64,000 bases of DNA from Phoronis australis (lineage: Eukaryota > Animalia > Phoronida). The position numbers were made by a program, and so were the translations under genes. The stretch covers positions 324,129-388,128 of the forward strand of contig NMRA01000003.1 in assembly GCA_002633005.1 (NCBI GenBank), in the 5' to 3' direction. This document shows, one piece after another, positions 39,290 through 51,240 of this stretch (position 1 is its first letter; every line of letters begins with the position of its first letter). The notes below the pieces were generated by a model. It did not search any database. It was given only the letters and a program-made list of their open reading frames with translations, and was not told where the DNA came from.

Positions 39290-39498
39290 AGTCTGATACA
39301 CGTTTTACCAGACATGCGCAGACCTCGCATGTGGGCCTATTGCACTGATCACCTGGAAATATTTTTATGCTTTGGGTTAAAACCGAGCTGAGGAGCTAGA
39401 AACCTGGCTCAAGGGTTTAGCAGTGTGACCTGGTGGGACTCGAACCAACGACCTCGAGTAAGGAAAGCGGGCACTTATCAACCAGGCCACACTGCCTC
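39290..39498 (-). mobile_element. tRNA-derived SINE
   Basis: Minus strand GAGGCAGTG-TGGCCTGGTTG (A box)...GGTTCGAGTCC (B box), followed by a non-tRNA body containing CCCTTGAGCCAGG. Confidence 0.7.
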
Positions 39499-40667
39499 CT
39501 CAAACTCCTGTTTTAGTTGGTGTGAGGCCTAATTTGCTGAAAAGCTTCTGGCGTATGAAGCGCCTTTAGGAGCTACACCGTCTCTACTGAGCCAGCTAAA
39601 GACGTGGTCACTGTCTAACAAGAGCCATCATCACTATCCAGCTGTTGATATCAAAAAATTTGACATGGATTTGTAAAATGGACATAAATCAGGAGAAATC
39701 TCTGTTGTGGGGTGGAAATTATTGTTGAGAGTGATAGTAGTTGTGGTAATGTGAAAACAGGTTCCCGGAAACTATTTTGAAGAGGGATCCATTTACTCAA
39801 TTTTTATGAAATTCTCTTAGGTACGTATCGTGAATGGTCTTACGTGGTTATATTTCGCTTCTTTTAACCTCATAATGATAAATCCAGACAACAGCCATCT
39901 TGATGCTCACAGAGTTTGACCTGATGCCATATTAACGTTAATAGTGACCGTAATCTAGCCAAAGAGTCAAGTGAAAGTATACGGTTCATGAGTTCACTGT
40001 AATGTGAAAAAAGCAAATGGCAGATTAAAGAGCAAACAGCAAAACGTTGAACATGTCTGAATAATATCGCGAATGTACTTTAAGGGGTTTTGGAGATTCA
40101 GCACAATGAATAGGTTTGAAGACGCATGGGATGACTTGCCTAGAATCCGAGTCTCTATAACTGTTTCAGTACATTACTGTTAAATTTTATTTGATGATCA
40201 GTGGTGTTGTGACTACTTCAATAATTAAGCATCCTTCTTCATCTAATTGCTATTCCTTGTTCAATGAACTGCAGTTCAAGAAACATGCTCCATTTTATAC
40301 TGTATGAAATCCCATTGCCCTTACATGTAATATGTACAGCTATAGCCTGTGCGACCTTGACTTCACATAAAGTTATGTAGGACCCTAAACATGTCCAAGT
40401 TTGCCAAAGTTTGGAGCATCATATCTCAGAAATGTTGAATTGTATTCAAATGAAACTTTCAATTACCATGCTCCATGCACTGTTCTCAAAAACAATGTTT
40501 GGAAGTGTTTTATTAGACTAGTGAACTTGCTTAAAACAAAATGAGAATTTAGAAAACGGTAACAGCGTTTTTGAGATTCATCTTGAACAGATTGGATAAT
40601 TTGGTCATGTTATCGATACCATTGTTTTGCCATGCACGTTTCTTTCTTGCTAAATTTTACTTAAAAC

Positions 40668-40740
40668 TCGGTCAGGTGATCCAAACTTGGTCATGTGATC
40701 CAAACTTGGTCATGTGATCCAAACTTGGTCATGTGATCTA
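40668..40740. repeat. 19-bp tandem repeat GGTCATGTGATCCAAACTT (about 4 copies; about 3 at 34399-34452)
   Basis: Seen directly; copy number differs between the two duplicated segments. Confidence 0.85.
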
Positions 40741-40980
40741 AATAATAGAAGATTGGTACTTTCAGAAAATTTATACTTTTATTGAGTTAAAGTCCAAAGT
40801 TTTGTAGATATTTGGCTAAATACATGGACAAGTTGATGAACTCCTGCATAACCTTAAGTGTGTCATTTGACATGTATCCTGCAGCACAACCTTGTGATTT
40901 GTTTCTGTTAGAGAAGTAGCCATGTTGGATGCTGGCACTTTGGCTCATGTAGACCACATACAAAGCCTCTGTGATTGCAG

Positions 40981-41118
40981 ATGCTATCAAGGACAAAGCC
41001 GGCGGCTGGCCAGGGAGCCGTGGCGCCGGCCAAGGAGCAGAAACAAAAAAAGAAGATGCCCAAACTGGAAGAGTTCCTCAAGGCTAGGGACTACACTGGG
41101 TCAATCACGTTGTCTGAG
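40981..41118 (+). CDS. IFT56: Intraflagellar transport protein 56 (TTC26), exon 2
   Basis: MLSRTKPAAGQG...KKKMPKLEEFLKARDYTGSITLSE; ttgcag / gtgaga; 138 nt. Confidence 0.95.
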
Positions 41119-41875
41119 GTGAGACATGCTGCATGTCATCATACTTAAGGACTTTTCCCTGAAAATTTTGTGGAATTCCTGTCTTATCCTTCCAAGAGAA
41201 TGTACCTCATAGGCAGGGAGATTTTCCACAATGCAGATGATACATCGGTAGTGACCTATGCATCTCTCCCCGACATTAATTCTAAAACCTGCCGAGGTCA
41301 CTAAATTCTAAAACCTGCTGAGGTCACTGGACAGGGTATTATTGACGGCTTCTTAGTTATTAGATCGGGGCATTGTTGGCCAGTCATAACATTCCCAATG
41401 CTTCGTGATGTAGCGAGTCAAATCTGCACATGCGACACACGGAAAAGGTAGGTCATATGAACATTTTCACTTGAACTCATTAAGCTTGTCTTAAACTTTG
41501 AATCTGAGTAAACACTGGTTTTCAAAACCCGATTCTTTTGAAAAAATAAACGTATGGCACGGAATGAGTGGTCTGTGGCAGACAAAAGTCTTGGTAACCA
41601 CCATTTCAACGCGACGGCACTGATAAGCCACATATTAAAATGCAATGATACACGTTGTCACCAACTCAGATGCAACAGCAAGAGTGACTCAAAATTTAAT
41701 TTCCTCACCTTTACTGTTTTGAAGATAACTAAAACTAAATATTTGTTATGATGCTTCAGAAACGTGCCCAACAACTCTTAACTTTGGCTCGCCATCTGGT
41801 GACCAGCCAGTGAATTTTTACTTGACCAGTCCCTTTTTAGTCGCTTTAGCGACTGGGCGAGTGATCAAGTATAAC

Positions 41876-42155
41876 CCAGAGGTCTGTTTCATGAAAGGAG
41901 ACTTAAAAGTTTTAAAAAATACAGATATTTGGTCTTCACAGATGCTGGAAAAGCTTTAGCCATGTAATTATGAGCGCATCGAAGTCTAGAAATGAAATAT
42001 AAAAATTATCTCAGTAACTAGCAGTTATTATATATTCTCAGGGGCTTTACACATTTTCTCGAGTGAGATTTATTTACTTTTCAGAGATAGTATGGAGCGT
42101 AAGATCAAATTACTAACTTGAGTCCTAAGTCACTTTTCATGAAATAGACCCCTGG
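41876..42155. mobile_element. MITE ending 35 nt before the IFT56 exon 3 start
   Basis: Imperfect 30-bp TIRs CCAGAGGTCTGTTTCATGAAAGGAGACTTA / TAAGTCACTTTTCATGAAATAGACCCCTGG. Confidence 0.75.
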
Positions 42156-42190
42156 TGTTTGGAACTAGCAATGTTTTGTCTGTGTTTCAG

Positions 42191-42283
42191 TTCAACCGAA
42201 ACAGTGGAAAAGGGAATGATGAGACAGACCTGTGGATTGCCTATTGTGCATTCCACGTGGGTGACTACAAACGAGCTATGGAA
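42191..42283 (+). CDS. IFT56: IFT56 exon 3
   Basis: FNRNSGKGNDETDLWIAYCAFHVGDYKRAME; ttcag / gtaagt; 93 nt. Confidence 0.96.
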
Positions 42284-42642
42284 GTAAGTTGGAAGTGTTC
42301 TTGCTTAATACTATTACCTGCTCAGTGCACGCTTTTTTAAGCTATCATTTTCAATTACATTTAGGTACTTCCATTTCATTCAATAAAATTATCAGTGCAT
42401 CCTAAAAACACATTGTGCGATGATTTGTCATCGTGAAGAACAGAGTTCCGTACAGATTTTTGAATGCTTTCAATGGAGAGGATGTTAATTTGTTACATAC
42501 ATCATCAATCAAAAATAATGGCTGACTCAGTCTGCCCAGACATGTTCAGGCAGCTACAGTTCCTAAATACACAAGGAATTGAGACAACAAGCTTAAAACT
42601 GTAAACTGTCTGATGTGTAAGTGTTGCTTGTGTGTTTCACAG

Positions 42643-42757
42643 GAATATGAGCGGTTAACCAAGAAGGAGGGATGTCACCCTGATGTGTGGACTAACTTAG
42701 CTTGCTGCTATTTCTTTCTGGGCATGTATCCTGAGTCAGATGCTGCTGCGCAGAGAG
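42643..42757 (+). CDS. IFT56: IFT56 exon 4
   Basis: EYERLTKKEGCHPDVWTNLACCYFFLGMYPESDAAAQR; cacag / gtaatt; 115 nt. Confidence 0.96.
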
Positions 42758-43450
42758 GTAATTGCAAAGGAAAATTTAACGTATTTACGGGCAAAGAAGA
42801 TCCGAGTCTTTTTGTCACTGAGCCAAAATTGTACACAATTATGTACACATTAACAAGACAGATTTTGTACTGATATTAATGTAATGCCGAAATGTCATTT
42901 TGGATGTTATATGTTAATGGTTGAAACTGCAGTTCCATTCAAAACTAACCAACTTACCTCAACAAGATCAGTTTGTCTTATACTGATAGTTTTTTTGTTG
43001 CAGCAATGAAAGCCAAAAGATAGTCAAAATGCTTGCGAAAATTATGGAGTTTGTCAGCCCTTCCAAAATTCAACTGCTTCAATTCATTCACATTTTCTTG
43101 CACATTTGAGCTGAATGTTGAAACCATTTGCTACTTGGCAGGCAGTGAAATTTTTACTCTGACAAGTATGATTTGGTAGACTTGATTGGCAGATCTCTTG
43201 ATTTCATGATTAAGGTGCAAGTAGAAGGACACGTAATCTTAACTACACACTAGGAAACTTTCAGTGAATACAATTATTACATTTGCCACCTTTCCAATAG
43301 TGTATAGCCACTACCCATACCCCCACTTGTCTAAAATACTTTGCATGATTAGCTGGTGCTGACCATGCAGTGATTAAGTCTGTTTGCAATCTGTGTTTTG
43401 CGTCTTGCCTTTTAGTTATAGAAGTGTGACTACTTTCATTTGTATTTCAG

Positions 43451-43646
43451 GTCCGGCTAGTCGGTTACAGAACCGTCTTTGCTTTCATCTCTCGCACAAG
43501 TTTAATGATGAGAAGCGACTCATGTCATACCATCAGAACCTTCAAGATATTATTGAGGATCAACTATCACTGGCGTCCATTCACTATCTCCGCAGTCACT
43601 ACCAAGAGGCAATTGATATCTACAAGAGAATACTATTGGACAATAG
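43451..43646 (+). CDS. IFT56: IFT56 exon 5
   Basis: PASRLQNRLCFHLSHKFNDEKRLMSYHQNLQDIIEDQLSLASIHYLRSHYQEAIDIYKRILLDN; ttcag / gtcagg; 196 nt. Confidence 0.96.
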
Positions 43647-43751
43647 GTCAGGTCTCACATGTATTGAACAATTCAGATTGGACATTATGTCACCACACCT
43701 GCTTGGATATCCTCATGTTTACTGACTTAGTTTCATTATTGGATATTTAGG

Positions 43752-43912
43752 CAGTGGTGGATTTGGGGGGGGGGCAAGGGGGCCATGGCACCGCCTAAAA
43801 TTCTCCCATATTCCATTTGACAGTACTGGGGTACAAATGTCTGACCGGCAAAATCCTGGCTAATACTCTGCCCTGTCCACCCCTCAAACTCAAAATCCTG
43901 GATCCGCCCCTG
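43752..43912. mobile_element. MITE of the CAGTGG(C/T)GGAT family with an apparent TTAGG target duplication
   Basis: TIRs CAGTGGTGGATTTGGG / CCTGGATCCGCCCCTG; TTAGG on both flanks. Confidence 0.65.
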
Positions 43913-44070
43913 TTAGGAATGGTTAATGTGCCTATCCAAGGCACGTGAATACGACAACTTGAGTCCCCTTCATGTACTGAAATAATCTAAAGGCAACATG
44001 TGTAATGATCATGAAAGGTAACGGTGGTTATTCACTGGTTGTGCTTGTTGTGAGTTTTCATTTATGTCCT

Positions 44071-44260
44071 TCATATAATGTTCATTTTGACCCTCAATAG
44101 TGTGTAGAGTGTCAGATATACTATATGCAAGGATCATATAATGTTCATTTTGACCCTCAATAGTGTATAGAGTGTCAGATATACTATATGCAAGGATCAT
44201 ATAATGTTCATTTTGACCCTCAATAGTGTATAGAGTGTCAGATATACTATATGCAAGGAT
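44071..44260. repeat. 63-bp tandem repeat, 3 copies
   Basis: TCATATAATGTTCATTTTGACCCTCAATAGTGT(G/A)TAGAGTGTCAGATATACTATATGCAAGGA, almost perfect. Confidence 0.95.
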
Positions 44261-44498
44261 GTTACTCATTAAGTTGTAGTGAGCTCACTGTTGAAGTAAA
44301 TCTAGTGTTGGGTTCACATTCAACAGGACACTGCTTCATTGTAGATTGCAGAATAAAATTCAAGGGTTTCTGGTATTGAAGACGTTTCTTTACATAACTG
44401 GGAATTCCATTTAGTTGGTTCTATTAATTTGTTCTCTTTATTGAATGCGCTTGTGTTGTAAAAATTTCTTCATAGATCAATGTGACTTCTTCTTACAG

Positions 44499-44670
44499 AG
44501 ACTACCTAGCTTTAAATGTCTATGTGGCCCTGTGCTACTATAAGCTGGATTACTACGATGTGTCTCAAGAGGTATTGGTGGTTTATCTTCAACAACATCC
44601 TGACAGTGCCATAGCCGTCAACTTGAAGGCCTGTAACCATTTCAGGCTCTATAATGGCAAGGCAGCTGAG
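44499..44670 (+). CDS. IFT56: IFT56 exon 6
   Basis: [57 protein letters not shown]; tacag / gtgagg; 172 nt. Confidence 0.96.
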
Positions 44671-45022
44671 GTGAGGATAGCATCCACAGTCAAACTGTGC
44701 ACGATACTTGATTTCATCGACTTGGAGAGAAGTAATAGATTATTTGATAAGAACATTTAATATACTTATTGATAAGCTTCTATTGTTTTACTTCGAGATT
44801 GTTTTCTGTGTTTGAAGTTCTCACTTTTAAATTTCCAGCTGTTACTTAAAAACCAAAGTTATGTTTTCCGTTGTTTATCTCTGCAATATCTGCATCACGT
44901 GGTTGTGGATGCATCTGTTGTGTTTTGCAAGGATAAGATGAGAGAAGAATGTCCGTTTGGACAAGAGCAGTCGTCTGATTTATACAACCATTGTTACATT
45001 CCTTTTGCTTCTACATTTTAAG

Positions 45023-45097
45023 GCTGAGTTGAAGAGTTTACAAGAGATGGCCTCTCCATCTTTTACTTTTGCCAGAGATCTCATCAAGCATAACCTG
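45023..45097 (+). CDS. IFT56: IFT56 exon 7
   Basis: AELKSLQEMASPSFTFARDLIKHNL; ttaag / gtatgt; 75 nt. Confidence 0.95.
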
Positions 45098-45649
45098 GTA
45101 TGTAGCTCTGTCAACTGGTGTTGGCGACTTCTTAATTGCATCAATAAGTAGCAATATCACTCATGTCAAAATAGGATAAGTAATGGAGATATTTCATAAT
45201 CCATAGTTCAAATTTGAAGTGGAGAATGTGCAGCCAACAAGGGAAACATGAGGACTGAAGAAATTCATGATTTCAAAATATTACTATTCTAGTGTTGACT
45301 AACAAGAACAGCTTAGCAAAGTTAATCGCTATGGATAAAAGCTAGCTTTTGAGTTCTCCTCTTGTGGGCATTGGGAACATGCGTGTTGTGAACTTTACTC
45401 CAATCATATTACAAATTGCGCAGTTTCACTCAAATTTGATCTCTTGATGATTGGTTCACGCTTTCACTTTTTATTTTGAAAAATTGAAAGCTTCAAGTTA
45501 TTTTAATTTTCTGTCAAATTTCTACTTTTCCTTCCAAGTATATACCAAATACACTTACAACTACCCTTCAAATGATGGTATTATTGTCTAGATTCATTGC
45601 ACAAACTGGTAAGTGATTATGGCATAATGCGTCATCTTACCATCTCTAG

Positions 45650-45752
45650 GTGGTGTTCCGTGGTGGTGAAGGTGCATTACAAGTGTTGCCGCCTCTCCTT
45701 GACATCATACCCGAGGCCAGGCTCAACTTGGTTATCTACTACCTGAAGCAAG
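45650..45752 (+). CDS. IFT56: IFT56 exon 8
   Basis: [34 protein letters not shown]; tctag / gttggt; 103 nt. Confidence 0.96.
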
Positions 45753-46240
45753 GTTGGTCTTGGCAATGTGTAGCATGGTTTTCATTATGTGGTGACTTGT
45801 GCCTCCTAAAATTACTTCTTGTAATACATTTCTTAGCTAAATGGTAAAGTAGCTCTCACTATCACAAGTTTTGTTCTTAGCCTCGTTTTTGACATATGTA
45901 ACATGGTCCTATCTGGGGCGTATACTTCTCCTTCATACAGCGATTTAGCAATAATAATTAGTTTTTTTACATAAATGGTATCCAGTTATCTAAAAAGTCA
46001 TTTTAGTTCCTATTATTTACCCAAGCATCCAGAAATCCTGGAATTTTTCTTAAACAGCATATCTTGAAAGCTTAGTTTATTTTTTCCTATTGTGCTCTTG
46101 CTTGTTAAGCATCTGATTAATTTCTACATTTTCAAAAGTAACGATCATTTTGTTGCATGACTTAATGTTTGGAGATCTAAGATATATGTGTTACAACAAC
46201 TGCTTTCTGTTAAATCTGTTCTTTTCTAACTTATTTCTAG

Positions 46241-46350
46241 ATGATGTGAATGAGGCTTATGCGTTGATCAAAGATCTAGAGCCCACGACTCCCCAGGAAT
46301 ACATCCTGAAGGGTGTGGTGAATGCTGCACTGGGTCAGGAGCAGGGCTCG
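46241..46350 (+). CDS. IFT56: IFT56 exon 9
   Basis: [36 protein letters not shown]; tctag / gtcagt; 110 nt. Confidence 0.96.
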
Positions 46351-47628
46351 GTCAGTAGACATAAGTTGTTTCAATAGAACTCCCTGCGTATATCGTATCA
46401 TAATCGGCCATGTTAACCCTCCAAGAAACTAAATATCACAGAGTACATTTAGCCGAGGATGAACGTTTAGAAATGAAAGTTTTTACCTTAATCTTGTCAG
46501 TTGATCCACATTATTTTCTGGGAGATGAATTTATGTCTGCCACTTCACATGCAAGAGTCGAATAAAACATTGGCGGCATATAGGCTATGTACTGTTGGTT
46601 AGTTGCAGGTAAGTGTATTGCATGAGTTTGGAGCTGGCAGGCTGACATGGGTGTATTTGAAAGAATAAGAAGTCCAGAGTACATAGGGAAATAACGTATA
46701 TGGGTGTTAATTAACAAAAATTCTGACATTTGGGGACTGATGCTCATTCAAAATCAGTGTCGACTGCAATGAGGACATTAATGTGATTAGATATTAGAAT
46801 TTAAATTTTAAGTTACCTTAAGTGCTGCTTTGTTGGGTCAAAAATGATCACCTTCAAAGTAAGATAAAATAAGAATGTAGCAGTTTATTTAGCCAAAAAT
46901 ATCACCCATGAACACCAGTAAGTGTAGAAAACAAGACATGTTAACTTGCCTTATTTCACATCTCAGTTTTGTGTGACCCTTGTAAAATCAAATCAAAACA
47001 TTCAAGACTTACCAGTCTGTATGGTAACAATCGTATCGCTTAAATATACCTTTAATAATCTTGGGTTGATAAAATTTATGTACACATAGTTTCTGGTTGA
47101 TGATGGGTTGTTAGTCGGTGTGTATGGCATACTCAATCCTTGATAGACTTTANCTTCCACCATAGATTATAGACAACAGATTCGCAACTTCGACATTTTC
47201 TGAATGTGTACTATCCTAGAGGAGACGCCACTCTCCTAAATTGTCTGTTGCACTTTCCGTGTATTGTGACAGGAAATTCTCGCATCTATTTTACTGTCCA
47301 GTACAATGAAAAAAATATATTTTCGGCATTGAAACACTGTTCAAAATCTTCCAATAGTAGAGCTGTTGGTATCATGAGTGCTTTTACCAATGCTACTACC
47401 ATCCGACCACACAACAGTCGACCATGATTAGCAGACGACATACTTGCCGGAAATAACACCAGATAATTTGGCCAGGTGTTGCTAGTGAATAATGATGTAA
47501 CGGCTTATGTGTAAGAGCACAGATTTGGTCCATTGAAAGTATACGGAGTTGTCGGTCCATGTACTATAGTTTATGCATCCACTCATAATGAGACATGTCA
47601 GATGATCTGATGTGATTGTTTTCCACAG

Positions 47629-47692
47629 CGAGAACTCCTGAAAGTTGCCCAACAATACTTCCAGTTAGTTGGTGGTTCTGCAAGTGAATGTG
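47629..47692 (+). CDS. IFT56: IFT56 exon 10a (mutually exclusive variant)
   Basis: RELLKVAQQYFQLVGGSASEC plus 1 nt; ttttccacag / gtatgt; 64 nt, phase 0->1. Confidence 0.92.
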
Positions 47693-47895
47693 GTATGTAC
47701 AAGGCTGCTTCACATGTGCCTGGAGTTATCTATGTCAGTCAACAGCCAATCAGAATGTGAAATGAAGCTGATGGCCTGTAACCAAGTATCTAACCAAGTT
47801 TTTGATTTGCCGTTTTGCACAAAAATCTTTCTTCCTCCTGATTGGCTGTTGAAGAGAGATGTGCTTTGATTGGTGAAGATGTGAATTTATTACAG

Positions 47896-47959
47896 AGGGA
47901 GCATCTAAAGGTGGCTCAACAATACTTTCAACTGACTGGTGGCTCAGCCAGCGAATGTG
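47896..47959 (+). CDS. IFT56: IFT56 exon 10b (mutually exclusive variant)
   Basis: REHLKVAQQYFQLTGGSASEC plus 1 nt; ttattacag / gtatgt; 64 nt, phase 0->1. Confidence 0.9.
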
Positions 47960-49075
47960 GTATGTGCAGTTTACGCAAAAAATCTCACGACATTTCACCA
48001 TCTTTATATGCCTTGTAAATAACATCGAGTCAGATTCTGCATCTTCTTTATTTCAAGGGTTGCCATAAAAATTTGCTCTCATTTTGCGATGCAGTACATT
48101 TTCTTACCACTATGAATAATCAATACCTGTTGGGAAGTGAAAAGCGCCCATCACAAGTGTTTTTACTTTTATGACGGGGAACAAAAACCTGCTAGTGATT
48201 GTGTTGTCTGAACTTTTTAGGTTTTACCACCAGAGCTTGCAATTTTCGTTTTTTAAGAGGATTTCCTCTTTTTTGGTTTTGATTTCCTCTTTTTTGGTTT
48301 TGATTTCCTCTTTTTTGCTTTTGATTTTCTCTTATTTGATTTCCAGTTTACTCTTTTTCATCTCTTTTTATCATTATTTTGTCTTTATTTATGCAAAAAA
48401 AACCCCGCTTCTTGCAGTTAAATTTTACAGCACTAAAATATTTCTATCACACAAGCCTATTTATTTGTGGAACGATACATCACCTGGAAAGTGTTCCTCT
48501 TTTTTGTCATGGGTCGTTCTAAGCCCTGTACCACACACAACGGGCTTGGTTTGTGCTCATTATGTCCATATTAGAATTCTCGTCTTAATCATCTCAATAC
48601 CGCTACAGTATACAATGTTTTATGAATTAAGAAGAGCATCATTATTGTGTAAGCTATGTCATACTTTTGACCTTTTCTGGTGGTTATTAACTTATTGTTG
48701 TCGTCTTACAATTGAGTTACATGGAGAGACTAGATTAAATATTGAAGATGTTGAAGTTATGTGCTGTTTCTATTACTTGTAGAACTTCTCACGTCAACCA
48801 GTGTCCGAAATTTGAAGATTTTGTTTGATTCACTAACCACTCGCTAACATTTGATAAGCAGTGTGAATTCTTCACCTACTGTGGCATTGGTTTATTTTTA
48901 GAGTGAATACATTAACGTTTGTCTGGGATGTGTAATAACTGTTAACATTAGTCACAACTTGCTCAACTTCATTAGTTGTGTGATCTCTCTTGCAAAGAAG
49001 TGTGAGTTTGATATGAACTTACGCTTGAACTTAACTAAAAAGGTTGTGTGCTTCTACATGTTTTTTCATCTGCAG

Positions 49076-49164
49076 ATACAATTCCTGGAAGACAGTGTAT
49101 GGCATCTTGTTTCTTCTTGCTGAAACAGTTCGAAGACGTTCTCATCTATCTAAACTCAATCAAG
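49076..49164 (+). CDS. IFT56: IFT56 exon 11
   Basis: [29 protein letters not shown]; tgcag / gtaagg; 89 nt. Confidence 0.96.
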
Positions 49165-49364
49165 GTAAGGACAAGTACTTTTATTGTTATTTTCGAAACC
49201 ACTATTTTTATTATTCTTGAATATCTTTATAATTACCAAACATGCCTGAATTTTGTTGTTTGCGTGCAACATTCTGTTTCACAAATGGTAAGTCGACTGT
49301 GTTATACACCAGTGTTTGTGACAAGTCCTGGAAAAGTTCATTGTAACACGGTTTGTCTGTGCTT

Positions 49365-49530
49365 ACGGTTCATTCTAAATACATATGTTGTTTTCTATTA
49401 CAATTCATTCTGAATACACGTTGTTTAACTGTTCATTCTAAATACACAGTCACGTTTTCTGTTAAAGTTCATTCTAAATACACACGTTGTTTTCTGTTAA
49501 AGTTCATTCTAAATACACACATTGTTTTCT
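49365..49530. repeat. Tandem repeat of about 33 bp running into the exon 12 acceptor
   Basis: TTCATTCTAAATACAC-type unit repeated about five times. Confidence 0.85.
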
Positions 49531-49537
49531 ATTGCAG

Positions 49538-49691
49538 AGCTACTTTTACAATGACGACTTCTTCAACTTTGACTACGCCCAAGCAAAGGCGGCAGTTGGA
49601 AACTTCAAGGAAGCGGAGGAAGTGTTCCTCTTGATACAGAATGACAAACTTAAGAACGATTACATCTACCTCAGCTGGCTGGCTAGATGTT
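49538..49691 (+). CDS. IFT56: IFT56 exon 12
   Basis: SYFYNDDFFNFDYAQAKAAVGNFKEAEEVFLLIQNDKLKNDYIYLSWLARC; tgcag / gtacgt; 154 nt. Confidence 0.96.
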
Positions 49692-49945
49692 GTACGTATT
49701 TTACAACTTCTACGTGGTTCAAATTGGTCACACTAGAAAGAACTCCAATTTCTTTTTATAGGGAAACGTATGACTTAAAACTAGAACACTTACTAATACA
49801 ATCCTGCCAGTTTTACACTTATATGTGAAACAGCTACTAACAGTAAATGTCTTAAGCATTGTATCGCATATTCACTGTAACAGCTGTGTATTATTCATTT
49901 TCTTGCTTGCTGGTTGAATTAATCTGTAATGTACACTCTGCTCAG

Positions 49946-50052
49946 ATATCATGAACAGAAAGGCTCGACTTGCTTGGGAGTTGTACTTGAAGATGGAGAC
50001 GTCGGGAGAGTCATTCAGCCTGCTGCAGCTCATTGCTAATGACTGTTACAAG
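49946..50052 (+). CDS. IFT56: IFT56 exon 13
   Basis: [35 protein letters not shown]; ctcag / gttagt; 107 nt. Too short to appear in the ORF track. Confidence 0.96.
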
Positions 50053-50218
50053 GTTAGTGGAGGGCATTAAGTAAGAGCTGATAAAAATGAAACACCTTGT
50101 CTGCATTGTTTATGCAATGCACTGGATGCCCATATGATTTGAAATTATGGAGTTAACATTGCTATTACTACTGGACATTTGGACCCTGTGTTGGTGTAAA
50201 TGGGAAACGACTCAACCC

Positions 50219-51240
50219 GGGCCGGTCTCCAATCTCCGTACTCAGACTCGAATCATACTCAAACTCACACTTCATACTCAATTCAAGTACAGGCTCGGCT
50301 TTGGTGTATTCCATGTCATACTCAAAAAATCTGTATTCGAAATTTCAAGCATGTACACATTTTTTGAGTATACTTGTGGTGAAGCGTATTTCATCTATAT
50401 TTCGAGTACGATTTCGAGTAAAAAATCCGAGTATATGCTCCAAATTTCAAGTTTGGTTTGGCAGTGTGCTTGAAATCGTACTCGAAAATAAATACGGCGG
50501 ATGTGAGACACAGACAAGTTATTCTGTGAGTGAAAGAAGAAAATATCGAAAGACCAGTGAGAGACACAGCAAATCTTTGGAAAATTTAAGTCCTCATACC
50601 ATATTTCAGAGCTTGAGACAATAGTTTTCTTTTTAAACCTTCTTCATTTCTAAACTCCTTACTCTACGATTCCCGGCAACTTACGAGAATTCTTATCCCA
50701 TGTCGGTGAGTCATTACAAATGTCAAAAGCAGCTGTGTGGAGGGTTCTGCCGAGATTGCAGTGTGTGTGGAGCGGTTTGTATGGTTGTGGCTGCTCCGCT
50801 CCAGCGGTGACTTTCTTTGATGTGATAAGCTGTTACAAATTTCTTTCGGGAAATAAGGAACTCGACACGCAAAGCTTAATAATCGGCAAATGTATCAAGA
50901 ATATTGTATTGAAACTGAAAAAATGAACAGTTACAGAACACTCGGCATTCTACGTCATACTCTTGTAATTGTAGTGACAGCAGACGATAATGTAGTTGCT
51001 AGGGTAGTCTATTCGAATAGGGAGCGCTGAATCAGCACGACTTTGCGTGGTTTTGCATTTCACATCATAAAGAGTTCCGTAGCAACTCAAGTACGATTCT
51101 CAGATTTGAGTACGTTTGGAGTCTACTCGAAATGTGGCATTAAATACGCTTTTTTGAGTACGACTCCAATGAGCACGATTTTGAGTATGAAATCTCGAGT
51201 ATGAGTATGAGTCTGAGTACGGAGATTGGAGACCGGGCCC
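50219..51240. mobile_element. Non-autonomous TIR element with long TIRs, possibly PIF/Harbinger
   Basis: CCGGTCTCCAATCTCCGTACTCAGACTC at 50222 and its exact reverse complement at 51208-51235. GTACTC/GAGTAC subterminal repeats. Confidence 0.8.

Noticed and set aside
44009-44269. Repetitive 86-aa ORF
   Set aside because: It is the translation of the 63-bp tandem repeat, antisense within an IFT56 intron.
48171-48782. Longest ORF in the track (203 aa, hydrophobic)
   Set aside because: T-rich intronic sequence with a TTGATTTCCTCTTTTTTG repeat and no recognisable domain; a chance ORF.
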